The notes: generated from the sequence alone by a model not told the origin. 64,000 nt of DNA from Acidimicrobiales bacterium (GCA_965214945.1 OZ244029.1:2444868-2508867), one strand, 5' to 3'. Shown: positions 16,492-24,974, counted from the stretch's first letter. Made by a program: numbers and translations.

Positions 16492-17283
16492 TCAGGCTGC
16501 GGGGTAGAGGTCGCCGGCGTTGACCAGCAGCGACTGGCCTGTGATCATCCGTGCCCGCTGCGAGGCCAAGAACACCGCGGCTTCCGCCACGTCGGAATCG
16601 GCGGGCATCTCCCTCAGCGCCATGTTCTGCTCGATCTTCCGTTTCACCTCACCCGCGGCGATCCCCCGAACACCGGCCTGCCATCGGCAGTAGAGTTCCA
16701 CGTTCGGGCCCCACATCCACGTCGGGACCACCGTGTTGACTCTGATCTTCGAAGGGCCCAGCTCCTCCGCCAGATCCCGCGCCAGCGACAGTAAAGCCGC
16801 CTTGGCGGCGCCGTAGGCACTCTGGGGAACCGCCGCCACGGGCCGCATCGAGGCCTGCGACCCGATCAGCACCACCGCGCCGCCGCCTGAGGCCCGCAGA
16901 CGCGGCACCGCAGCCCGCACAACGTGAACCGCGCCGAGCACGTTCACCGTGAGATTGGCAGACCAGTCCTCGTCGCTGAGCCGGTCGAAGGCACCGTGAC
17001 GCGTGTCGAGCGCGGCGACGTTGATCACCGCGTGAAGGGCACCGAAGCGTCGCACCGCGGCCTCGGCCGCGTCTTCACAGCTTTGCTGGTTGGTGACGTC
17101 GCCGGGCAGGGCGACCACCCGCTCGCCGGCAGGGTCGAGTTCGGCAGCGATAGCGGCCAGGCGCTCGGCGTTGCGGGCCACGGCCACGACGTTGGCGCCG
17201 TCCCGCAGCGCCAGCCGAACGCAGCTGCGGCCCAAGCCGGGCCCGACTCCCGTCACCAGCACCGTCCGCCCTTGGAGAATCAT
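16492..17283 (-). CDS. SDR family oxidoreductase
   Basis: 263 aa. It has the TGVGPGLG glycine-rich NAD(P)-binding motif and the catalytic YxxxK (YGAAK). Confidence 0.85.
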   Translation of the reverse strand: MILQGRTVLVTGVGPGLGRSCVRLALRDGANVVAVARNAERLAAIAAELDPAGERVVALPGDVTNQQSCEDAAEAAVRRFGALHAVINVAALDTRHGAFDRLSDEDWSANLTVNVLGAVHVVRAAVPRLRASGGGAVVLIGSQASMRPVAAVPQSAYGAAKAALLSLARDLAEELGPSKIRVNTVVPTWMWGPNVELYCRWQAGVRGIAAGEVKRKIEQNMALREMPADSDVAEAAVFLASQRARMITGQSLLVNAGDLYPAA

Positions 17284-17334
17284 GAAAGCAGTCTTATTCG
17301 CCGACTACTCATTCGCCAACCACTCGTTCGCCGA

Positions 17335-18957
17335 CTACAGGTCATCGATCCACTCCCAGAGGACCGGATCGTCGGCGCAGGAGGTGTCGGGTTTGTTCTG
17401 CGGGTTGGCTGCGAACTCGTCGACTATCCGGCTTGCGCAGTCGTCGCCGGCCCAGACGCCGTGGCTGCGGCCTTCGAGCACCACCAGCGTGGCGTTCGGC
17501 AGACCCTCAGCGGCCTGGGCGGCCAACTCCGGCGGAGTGATCGGGTCGTACCGGCCCGACAGCAGCAGCACGGGCAGGTCGCTGGTCACCGGAGCTACCG
17601 CAAACGGCGCAGATGCGGGCACGTCCCAAAGATCGCACAGCTCCTCCAGGTCGTGGTCCAAAATCGCCTCCTCGAAGGCGCGCAGGCCCGGCGGCAGCCC
17701 CGAAGAAAATGGCAGACGATCGGCGCAGGTGGCGGCGAGGTACGTGCCCTCGCTGGATTGGAGCACCGAGGAGGCGCTGACCAGCACCCCGAGTTGCGCT
17801 ATCCACAGGGCGGCGTCTTCATCGCCTTTGGCCAGCCCGGCCAGCGCCGCTGGGATCGCGGGGATCACCGCATCGATGTAGAGGAACTGAAACACCAAAC
17901 CCGCCAGCGAAGCCCCATCGATCGAGACATCCACAGCCTCGCCGAGAGGCACGGGCCCGCCGAGAGGCGACTCGAAAGCAGTCAGGCTCACGACCAGCGG
18001 AGAGTCGTTCAAACGCTGGATCAGGTCGTCCACGGTCGCGTTCAAGTCGCCCACCGTGACCGAGCAGTCGGCGTCTGCGGAGCAGGAGTCGTGAAGTTCG
18101 TCGAGCGCACGACGGGCCGAGAAGGCCACCGAAGCGTCCAGGTCGATGTCGGGAGGGAAGACGCCGTCGAGCACAGCACCAGCCAGCCCGTCGGGCGGGT
18201 CTCGTAATATCTCCAAGGCGATGGTGGTTCCGTAGCTCACGCCGTAGAGGAGCCAGCGGTCATAGCCCAAAGCCGCCATCACGTCCGCCACGTCGGCGGC
18301 ATGGGCGGCGGTGTGGGTGTGATCCAACACGGGATGGTCGGCGAGACGCTCAGAACACCAGCTGTAGGCCTCAAGCTCGATCTCTTCGGCCTCGGTGCTG
18401 TCAGCGGACAGCAGCTCCAAGAAGACCTCGTCGAATTCTTCGCAGTTGAAGTCCACCGAGCCGAAGCCCGTGCCGCGCTGGTCGATGAACACCTGCGTGT
18501 AGGGCTGTCTCGGGTAGTACAAGGGCAGATCGCTGCTGGCGCCACCCGGACCGCCCTGCAGCACAGCCATGGGTACGGCACCCTCGCGGTCGTCGTTGCC
18601 CGGCCAGATCAGGACGCTGATGTCGGTGGTGCCCAGGCTTGGTTTGGCCCTGTCGATGGGCACTGTGGCCAAGGCGCAGTCGAAGTCGAAGGCGGCAGTC
18701 TGGTAGAGCCAGCGATCGGGGCAGTCCACCAGCACAATTGTCGTAAGCGACGCCGAGCCGGCCTCGATCGCAGCGTCTAAGCCGGTCGCCTCGTCGTCAG
18801 CGGCTGCCTCGCCGTCCGCCCGATCGGCGTCAGCTGCGGCCGCTCCGGCCGGGTCGGCATCAGCGACGGCCTCGCCCGCCGAATCGGACAGATTGTCGGA
18901 GCATGAGGCCGCGACCAGCGCAGCAACCACCAGCGCCGCAGCGACACGCCGCCTCAT
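17335..18957 (-). CDS. Secreted alpha/beta hydrolase lipoprotein (tripeptidyl-aminopeptidase/TAP-like)
   Basis: I prefer the ATG at 18957 (MRRRVAAALVVAALVAASCSDN, signal peptide plus lipobox). It has a GVSYGT nucleophile-elbow-like motif and a C-terminal TAP-like region (LLLSGRYDPITP). Confidence 0.7.
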   Translation of the reverse strand: MRRRVAAALVVAALVAASCSDNLSDSAGEAVADADPAGAAAADADRADGEAAADDEATGLDAAIEAGSASLTTIVLVDCPDRWLYQTAAFDFDCALATVPIDRAKPSLGTTDISVLIWPGNDDREGAVPMAVLQGGPGGASSDLPLYYPRQPYTQVFIDQRGTGFGSVDFNCEEFDEVFLELLSADSTEAEEIELEAYSWCSERLADHPVLDHTHTAAHAADVADVMAALGYDRWLLYGVSYGTTIALEILRDPPDGLAGAVLDGVFPPDIDLDASVAFSARRALDELHDSCSADADCSVTVGDLNATVDDLIQRLNDSPLVVSLTAFESPLGGPVPLGEAVDVSIDGASLAGLVFQFLYIDAVIPAIPAALAGLAKGDEDAALWIAQLGVLVSASSVLQSSEGTYLAATCADRLPFSSGLPPGLRAFEEAILDHDLEELCDLWDVPASAPFAVAPVTSDLPVLLLSGRYDPITPPELAAQAAEGLPNATLVVLEGRSHGVWAGDDCASRIVDEFAANPQNKPDTSCADDPVLWEWIDDL

Positions 18958-18972
18958 GCTATTCACCACGCG

Positions 18973-19050
18973 CCCTAACAGTGGTCGGGGCTGCCTTTCG
19001 GATCGGCATAAAGACCGAAACTCCAAGTGGGCCCGTAACAGTGGCCGGGG
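18973..19050. promoter_or_regulatory. Two 18-19 bp direct repeats CCC(T/G)TAACAGTGG(T/C)CGGGG upstream of the hydrolase gene
   Basis: The copies are at 18973-18990 and 19032-19050 (period about 59 bp), just upstream of the start at 18957. Confidence 0.4.
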
Positions 19051-19151
19051 ATACCCAAAGCCGCGTGGGAGCCGGTCCTTTCATCAGGTGGCCCGCGTAG
19101 GCATTGAGAGCCCAGTCGCTAGACACCGCATCGGTGCCAGCGCAGATGTCT

Positions 19152-19883
19152 TCACCAGAGCTGGTCGGTGTAGGCGTCCGTACCAACGATGGTGGGACGA
19201 AACGGCGCAGCGAAGACTGTCTCAGCGACTTCAGCCCGCCGGAGCCCGGTCGCGTATTCGCGGAAGCGGTGCCACACAGAACTCGGCTCGCTGTCGCAGA
19301 AGAACATCTGGATTTGGCGTTCGGGCGGGCCCGGCGGTGTTCCCAGGTCCATCGGCGCCCGGCCGGTGACGCCATCTGAGGCGTTTATGTAGCGCCATGA
19401 CACCATCGACGCCACCGCTGAGCCGTCCATCAGGCCAGGCAGCGCCTCGGCTCGCAGATAATCGTTGAGGTCGTCGGCAGTTGTATTACCTGCGGGATCG
19501 ACCGCGAGCACAGCGAGGCCCTTGTAGGGGTGGTCGAGGGCCAGCGCAATCGGCACCGGGTCATGGTCGCGGTAGTGCGACCACGGCTCATGCAACAACA
19601 CCGTGTGGGCGTGAACGCGCTCGGCGAAGCCTCGGCCGTCCTGGTAGAGCTCGACCACCTGATCGATAGCCCACGCGAAATGCTCGTCGTGGCGGCCTTC
19701 AAGCACCCAGTACACCGCCAGGTACGAGCCCGCGTCCACCGGCGACGCCAGCGGCGAGTCTGCCGGGAAGCGGAGGTCTTTCAGGTCGCGGGTGGCCACC
19801 CAGCGCCGGCCCGAGAAAAGCCACGGCCCCACGAGGCAGCCGGCGTAGAAGTGGTCGCGCTCATACCAGCGGTTGTAGGCCAC
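19152..19883 (-). CDS. Conserved hypothetical protein
   Basis: 243 aa from a GTG start. The frame stays open upstream (…CLFTLVDPKRGHEVAYNRWYERDH) to a possible CTG at about 19952 that is preceded by AAGGGAG, so the true start may be further upstream. Confidence 0.55.
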   Translation of the reverse strand: MAYNRWYERDHFYAGCLVGPWLFSGRRWVATRDLKDLRFPADSPLASPVDAGSYLAVYWVLEGRHDEHFAWAIDQVVELYQDGRGFAERVHAHTVLLHEPWSHYRDHDPVPIALALDHPYKGLAVLAVDPAGNTTADDLNDYLRAEALPGLMDGSAVASMVSWRYINASDGVTGRAPMDLGTPPGPPERQIQMFFCDSEPSSVWHRFREYATGLRRAEVAETVFAAPFRPTIVGTDAYTDQLW

Positions 19884-19990
19884 CTCGTGGCCCCGCTTTG
19901 GGTCGACCAGCGTGAACAGGCAGCTCCCCGCTCGAATAGGATGGGTGTTCAGAGTTTGGCTCCCTTTGCTCCATCGCCGGGTGGGCTACT

Positions 19991-20881
19991 CTACCCGCTC
20001 GACCGAAGCGCTCTAGAAGGCCGGAGCGCTTCGGAAAGCCGCTGCGCAGCCGGATTCAGGCCTGCACCCTGCCGGCGCGCGATCACCAGCCGTCGCCGGA
20101 CCAGCACACGGGCCCGAGTCAGCGGCTGATCCGTCAGCCCGCCGGGCCCGGCCTGCACGACAGGCAGCACCGTCCATCCCACACCCAGCCGCACCATCTT
20201 GCGCAACACCTCCGGGTGATGCGATTCGGCCACCACGTCAACCGGCGCGCCCGCGGACTTGAGCGCCTCCTCAGTCACAGCCCTGGTGTGCGAGCCCTTT
20301 GGAAACAGCACCCAAGGCCCCCAGTTGCTGCTCGGCCCGGCTCGGGCGCGCCCGTCGGGAGCGTAGAGGCCCAGTGCCTCGCTCAGCAGCGGCTCGACGG
20401 TGATGCCCCGCGGCAGGTTGGGCGGCTCGACGCACACCGCCAGATCCAAAGCACCTGCTCTGAGTTCGTCGAGCAGGTCGGCCGAAGGCGCCACACGCAG
20501 AAGCAGTCTCAGACCGGGACGCTCCGCTCGGAAGCGGCTCAGAGCCTCGTGGTGATGGTGCACGATGCAGACGTCGATCATTCCCAGCCGCAGGCGCCCA
20601 GCGCCTGCGGTGCGGACGTGATACGCCCATTCGGCGAGGTCGGTGGTCTGCGCCACGACCTGCCTGGCGTGGTCCAGCACGGGCCGCGCATCGGCGCGGA
20701 GCACACGACGGCGGCCCTGCCTGTCGAACAGCGCCACACCGACACGGCGCTCCAGCTCCGCAAGCCCCTGAGACAGCGCTGAGGGGCTCACCCCCACCCG
20801 AGCCGCGGCCAAGGCGAACGTGTCGGCCTCAGCAACAGCCACCAGATACTCCAGCTGACGGATCGACAAGTCGGGCAACAC
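19991..20881 (-). CDS. LysR family transcriptional regulator
   Basis: 296 aa. The N-terminal HTH is IRQLEYLVAVAEADTFALAAARVGVSPSALSQGLAELE, followed by a LysR substrate-binding domain. It is divergent from ino1. Confidence 0.9.
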   Translation of the reverse strand: MLPDLSIRQLEYLVAVAEADTFALAAARVGVSPSALSQGLAELERRVGVALFDRQGRRRVLRADARPVLDHARQVVAQTTDLAEWAYHVRTAGAGRLRLGMIDVCIVHHHHEALSRFRAERPGLRLLLRVAPSADLLDELRAGALDLAVCVEPPNLPRGITVEPLLSEALGLYAPDGRARAGPSSNWGPWVLFPKGSHTRAVTEEALKSAGAPVDVVAESHHPEVLRKMVRLGVGWTVLPVVQAGPGGLTDQPLTRARVLVRRRLVIARRQGAGLNPAAQRLSEALRPSRALRSSG

Positions 20882-20912
20882 CCCGAGCAGGTTAGTTAAG
20901 TCTTACTTCATA

Positions 20913-20931
20913 ATTGAGGGATTATCTCAAT
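20913..20931. promoter_or_regulatory. Perfect palindrome ATTGAG-N7-CTCAAT (LysR T-N11-A-type box) in the LysR/ino1 divergent region
   Basis: ATTGAGGGATTATCTCAAT sits in the AT-rich 70-bp spacer between the starts at 20881 (minus strand) and 20952 (plus strand). Confidence 0.5.
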
Positions 20932-20951
20932 GAACGCTTACTGTCAGTCCC

Positions 20952-22337
20952 ATGACGACAGGCATTGCGACAGGCACCGATCCGCAAGACGCCGCAGCCG
21001 CGGGTCTGCGCGCCACCACAAGCCGGCCCGTGGCTCGGGAGATCGCACCGGCCGGAGGACGCCTCGGAGTGCTCACTCCCGGCATGGGTGCGGTGGCCTC
21101 CACGTTCGTTGCCGGCGTGCTGGCAGCCCGCGGGGGCCTCGGCCCGCCCATCGGTTCGATCAGCCAGATGGCCCACATCCGCCTCGGCGCCAAGGCCGAG
21201 GGCCGCAACCCGCTCATCCGCGACTTCGTGCCGCTGGCCGGCCTCGACGATCTCGTGTTCGGCGGCTGGGACCCCCTGTCGGCAAACGTGCTCGAGGCGG
21301 CCCGCACCTGCGGCGTGCTCAACGAGCAAGACCTGAACCCCATTTCCGCGGAGATGGAAGGCGTGGTGGCCATGGACGCGGTGTTCGACCGGCGTTGGGT
21401 CTCGCGGCTCGACGGCGTGAGAGTGAAGAAGGCCGCATCGAAATGGGATCAGGCTCTGGCCCTGATCAACGACATCGAGGCTTTCCGGGTCGCCAACGAC
21501 TGCGACCGCTTGGTGATGGTCTGGTGCGGTTCCACGGAGGCGTTCTCTGAGCCGTCGGCTGTGCATGAGTCGGTGGCGTCGTTCGAAGCCGGACTGGCCG
21601 TCGACCACGCCGACATCGCCCCCAGCCAGATCTACGCTTACGCGGCCCTGCAGTGTGACGTGCCTTTCGCCAACGGTGCTCCCAACCTCACCGTCGATCT
21701 GCCATGGGCGCGGGAACTGGCTCGAACCAGGGGCGTGCCCATCGCCGGTAAGGACTTCAAGACCGGACAGACCTTGCTGAAGACGATGCTGGCCCCCGGC
21801 TTCAAGGCTCGGATGCTGGGCTTGAGAGGCTGGTATTCCACGAACATTCTCGGCAACCGCGACGGTGAGGTGCTAGATGCTCCGGAGAACTTCAAGAGCA
21901 AGGAGGTGTCGAAGCTAGGTGTGCTCGACACGATCCTGCAGCCCGGCGTGTACCCCGACCTCTACGACGAGATCCACCACGTGGTGCGCATCAACTACTA
22001 CCCGCCCCGGGGCGACAACAAGGAGGGGTGGGACAACATCGACATCTTCGGCTGGCTGGGCTATCCGATGCAAATCAAGATCGACTTCTTGTGCCGGGAC
22101 TCGATCCTGGCCGCGCCCATCGTGCTCGACCTGGCGCTGTTCATGGACCTGGCGGCCCGCGCCGGAGTGTCAGGCGTGCAGGAGTGGCTGAGCTTCTACT
22201 TCAAGGCACCTCAGCCGAGCCTCCCGGAGAGAGAGGCCGATGTTGAGCACGACCTGTTCATCCAACAGACCAAGCTGAAGAACACCCTTCGGGAGTGGAT
22301 GGGCGAGACTCCCGTCACCCACAGCGAGGCCGGCTGA
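20952..22337 (+). CDS. ino1: Inositol-3-phosphate synthase family protein (long bacterial type)
   Basis: 461 aa. GKDFKTGQTLLKTMLAPGF..GWYSTNILGNRDGEVL and the C-terminal NYYPPRGDNKEGWDNID resemble the MIPS (Inos-1-P synthase) family as I recall it. It does not resemble the short mycobacterial Ino1. Confidence 0.6.
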   Translation: MTTGIATGTDPQDAAAAGLRATTSRPVAREIAPAGGRLGVLTPGMGAVASTFVAGVLAARGGLGPPIGSISQMAHIRLGAKAEGRNPLIRDFVPLAGLDDLVFGGWDPLSANVLEAARTCGVLNEQDLNPISAEMEGVVAMDAVFDRRWVSRLDGVRVKKAASKWDQALALINDIEAFRVANDCDRLVMVWCGSTEAFSEPSAVHESVASFEAGLAVDHADIAPSQIYAYAALQCDVPFANGAPNLTVDLPWARELARTRGVPIAGKDFKTGQTLLKTMLAPGFKARMLGLRGWYSTNILGNRDGEVLDAPENFKSKEVSKLGVLDTILQPGVYPDLYDEIHHVVRINYYPPRGDNKEGWDNIDIFGWLGYPMQIKIDFLCRDSILAAPIVLDLALFMDLAARAGVSGVQEWLSFYFKAPQPSLPEREADVEHDLFIQQTKLKNTLREWMGETPVTHSEAG

Positions 22338-22356
22338 CCCCTCGCCCACCACAAGG
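22321..22356. repeat. Left copy of a ~35-bp direct repeat flanking the AT-rich island; spans the ino1 stop codon
   Basis: ACAGCGAGGCCGGCTGACCCCTCGCCCACCACAAGG aligns with 24554-24588 at 30 identities over 36 aligned columns (1 gap). Weaker similarity extends about 20 bp further upstream. Confidence 0.55.
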
Positions 22357-22359
22357 TAC

Positions 22360-22384
22360 GGCTCAGACGGAGGCCTGCTGAGCC
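22360..22384 (+). terminator. Hairpin GGCTCAG-N11-CTGAGCC downstream of ino1
   Basis: 7-bp perfect stem, 23 nt after the stop. There is no U-tract. Confidence 0.3.
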
Positions 22385-22491
22385 AGTTACGAGCGCTCGG
22401 CCAGGCTCAACTTGACCCGCTGCCTCCCTACAGTGTGATCTACAGCTGGACTACGAAGCCCGTCCGCCATCTCCCTTTGACGAGGATAATC

Positions 22492-23213
22492 ATGCCTGAC
22501 TTCGATCGATTTGAGAGACTAGTCATAGCAGCAATGACAGCTGCACCTGAAGACCTACCAGATATCCATCAAGAGGTGTCCCGAATCCCGCAGATCAACA
22601 GACCCAAATTCTATAAGGGCCTCCAATCAAACAGATTAGCAGCATGGATAGAACAAACAGATTAGCAGCATGGATAGAAACTGCGAGAGATTATCTAAAC
22701 TCACTTGGATACCCATATAATATCTTGAGATCTAATAATAACAATCAACAAGGTATGGATCTATTAGTAGTCACCACAAATCAGCAGATCGAACTAAAGA
22801 CAGGGAAAGTTACAGATGCTAATTTGGGACTAGGAACTCTCATGTGGGCATTTGATGATGCGGAGGAAAGGATAAAGTACATCTTAAATACCTCTATGAA
22901 AGAGCGCATAGAACTAGCAAACGCTAATGACTTTGGTAGAGTCATACAAAACCAGATTGAGACTATGGTAGAACTTGGCAAATTCTTCAAATCCCAGCTG
23001 ACGGAGGGAAGAGATGCCCCTCACAAACTTTCTATCCTAGCTAGATGTGTTGCTAGAGGTATCACAAGACTTGAGGCGATGAAGACGCTAGAAACCATAC
23101 CAGAGGAAAAGTGGAATGTTCCTATCATTTTACATACTGATAGGAAATTCGGCTGGGTGAAAGTGGACCGTCCGTTAGTATTCACACGGGCAATAGGTGT
23201 GTCAGTTCTGTAG
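22492..23213 (+). pseudogene. Type II restriction endonuclease (PD-(D/E)XK-like), disrupted by a 26-bp tandem duplication
   Basis: Track ORFs 22435..22665 and 22644..23213 share the peptide NRLAAWIE. Removing one 26-bp repeat copy fuses them in frame (…YKGLQSNRLAAWIETARDYLN…) into a 231-codon ORF starting at the ATG at 22492 (RBS GAGGA). GMDLLVVTTNQQIELKTGK gives a D...ExK nuclease-like motif. The gene is convergent with, and overlaps by 32 bp, an N6-adenine methyltransferase gene. The DNA is very AT-rich. Confidence 0.6.
22628..22679. repeat. Perfect tandem duplication 2 x 26 bp (CAAACAGATTAGCAGCATGGATAGAA)
   Basis: The copies are at 22628-22653 and 22654-22679 and are identical. 26 is not a multiple of 3, so the upstream frame ends at the TAG at 22663-22665. 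Confidence 0.97.
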
Positions 23214-24396
23214 CAGAAATCTGGGTGTTGCCGGTCAACATTCTGGCTCTAGCTAGTACTGACGGTGCTCGAAGAGCCTCTAGCAAGCAGTTCCATCCGA
23301 CCGACGCTTCAAACTGACCATGTCGACGGATCACGTTCACATGGTTCTCACCGACGAATTTATAATCCTCAGGAATAAGAGCACATCGCAGCTCCCCTGC
23401 GCCTACCGAGCCGGTGATTCGGTTGATCACGATAGCAGGTCCTATCAAGGCAGGCTTTGTAGTCTCAATATACTGAGGTCTCTTGTGATTCTCAGCCAGA
23501 CGGACCGTATCAGCAATGTTGTGGGCCCATATTAGCGGAACACTGCTCGACGTTCTTGTTCGCTTCAAATGCTGCTTGTTTTGATTCCATACGATTGTCC
23601 CTGTAACAGCTTCATAACCAAGTGAATACAGTGTATTATTTTTAGAGAAAGAGTCTGCCAGTGCCTCACTACTATTGGAGAATATCACACGTCGGAACCC
23701 AATATTTGGATATGATACCTCGAAACTATACTTGTCTGAGTTATCTCGACCCTTACGAAGTACTAGAAGTTGTACAGGAGTCTGAGCTTGGTCAAACAGA
23801 TCTGGTTGAGTATATATCTCAAGAAATTCGATGGCACATTGTCGAACTATATAATCCCGCAATTTGGAGAAATAAGCACCACTGTTCATCGATGGAGGAA
23901 CAACATAAGCTAGTTGACCTCCATCCCGTAAGATGTCGAGACCGGCTTGAAAAAATAGGGCAAAGATATTGGCTCGTCCGGAGATTACTTGACTAAAGTG
24001 TGCCCGTACTTCCTTCGGTAACTTGAGTTGAAAATAAGGAGGATTTCCAATGACTAGATCAAATCTATCGCCAAGGTAAGGATCGAGAGCCGATCGCTTT
24101 GTCAGCACTGCTTCTGGAACTGTATCACCTGCTACAGCCAGTATCTTAGAATCAATATCCCAGCCGTGTATCTCACACTCAGGCTCCCGATCGAGGATGG
24201 ACCGTAGAAACTCCCCTGTCCCAACCCCAGGATCTAGAACACGTATTCCAGGCCACAAGTCACATTGGTCTATCAGGCTCTCCCTAAGCACCTTCGGCGT
24301 CATGAACTGACCCAACTTCTTTCGATGAGAAATCGGGGTGTCCTCGATCCACCGGCGGGTGTTGGAAGATAGCTCCTGGTTGGCTATGCACACCAA
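23182..24396 (-). CDS. Gamma-class N6-adenine DNA methyltransferase (TaqI/Eco57I-like)
   Basis: 404 aa. Motifs: LGQFMTP (motif X), VLDPGVGTGEF (SAM-binding motif I) and IGNPPYF (catalytic NPPY motif IV), followed by a C-terminal target-recognition region. AT-rich codon usage. Confidence 0.85.
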   Translation of the reverse strand: MVCIANQELSSNTRRWIEDTPISHRKKLGQFMTPKVLRESLIDQCDLWPGIRVLDPGVGTGEFLRSILDREPECEIHGWDIDSKILAVAGDTVPEAVLTKRSALDPYLGDRFDLVIGNPPYFQLKLPKEVRAHFSQVISGRANIFALFFQAGLDILRDGGQLAYVVPPSMNSGAYFSKLRDYIVRQCAIEFLEIYTQPDLFDQAQTPVQLLVLRKGRDNSDKYSFEVSYPNIGFRRVIFSNSSEALADSFSKNNTLYSLGYEAVTGTIVWNQNKQHLKRTRTSSSVPLIWAHNIADTVRLAENHKRPQYIETTKPALIGPAIVINRITGSVGAGELRCALIPEDYKFVGENHVNVIRRHGQFEASVGWNCLLEALRAPSVLARARMLTGNTQISATELTHLLPV

Positions 24397-24425
24397 AGTT
24401 CTTCACCACTCTCACGGCAAGCCTA

Positions 24426-24443
24426 TTGAACTATCTAGTTCAA
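24426..24443. promoter_or_regulatory. Perfect palindrome TTGAACTA-TC-TAGTTCAA upstream of the methyltransferase gene
   Basis: 18-bp dyad, 30 bp upstream of the start at 24396. Candidate operator or C-box-like site. Confidence 0.4.
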
Positions 24444-24553
24444 CACGCCTGCTAGTGTTAGCGGTGGACTTTCTACAAGATTAAGTGAGCAGGCAGTGAA
24501 GTGGGCATGCTGCCGATCACCTGAAACGCTGGCACAGCAGCCGAGCTTCCCGG

Positions 24554-24588
24554 ACAGCGAGACCGGCTGACCCTCGCCCGACGCAAGA
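24554..24588. repeat. Right copy of the island-flanking direct repeat (diverged copy of the ino1 3' end including TGA)
   Basis: ACAGCGAGACCGGCTGACCCTCGCCCGACGCAAGA. See 22321-22356. Confidence 0.55.
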
Positions 24589-24644
24589 GCCACGAACATC
24601 GGCTGCGACAAGAAGCGCTGCACCTTGCGAGCCCGGTTGACCGT
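24588..24644 (-). other. 57-bp fragment of atpD (duplicate of 33438-33494, 55/57 identical, same orientation)
   Basis: AGCCACGAACATCGGCTGCGACAAGAAGCG(C/T)TGCACCTTGCGAGCCCGGT(T/C)GACCGT. Track ORF 24435..24623 begins [12 protein letters not shown], identical to the AtpD peptide [13 protein letters not shown], then diverges. Confidence 0.9.
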
Positions 24645-24649
24645 GCCGA

Positions 24650-24900
24650 GGTGGGCCTATGCGTCTGCGGTAGCGGTATCGGCATCGCCATGGCCACCAA
24701 CAAGATCGCCAGCCACCGTCCACCACACCACTCGGCACGTCTTGCCCGCCAGCACAACGGCGGCAACGTGATCTGCGTGAGTGAGCGGCTGACCGGCTTA
24801 GAGGTGGCCCGGCGACGCTCTGGGTGCCTGGCTGGGTGCATTCTTCGAGGGGGATGCCCCTGCACTGTGTGGCGAAGATCGGCCGCCTTGGCGGTGAGAC
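24650..24900 (+). pseudogene. rpiB: Remnant of a ribose-5-phosphate isomerase B / LacAB-family gene (N-terminally truncated, frameshifted)
   Basis: Track ORF 24651..24995 starts GLCVCGSGIGIAMATNKIA...SARLARQHNGGNVICVSERLTGLEVA, which resembles the RpiB core (ICGTGIGMSIAANK...SARLAREHNNANVL...G). A second frame continues WLGAFFEG, resembling AWLxAxFEGG. No full-length frame exists. Confidence 0.55.
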
Positions 24901-24974
24901 CGGCAAAGAACTTGCCTGACCCGCCATCAACCGCCCTCAGCCCGGCGCGGTTGGGGCCACACCCCAATCTGAAC

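Noticed and set aside
22435-22491. Track start (GTG 22435) for the first half of the restriction endonuclease.
   Set aside because: These 19 codons lie in host-like high-G+C DNA upstream of the compositional break. The ATG at 22492 has a GAGGA RBS and lies in island-type sequence.
24435-24623. 62-aa ORF starting [12 protein letters not shown].
   Set aside because: It is a chimeric reading across the atpD fragment and unrelated island-border sequence, not a gene.
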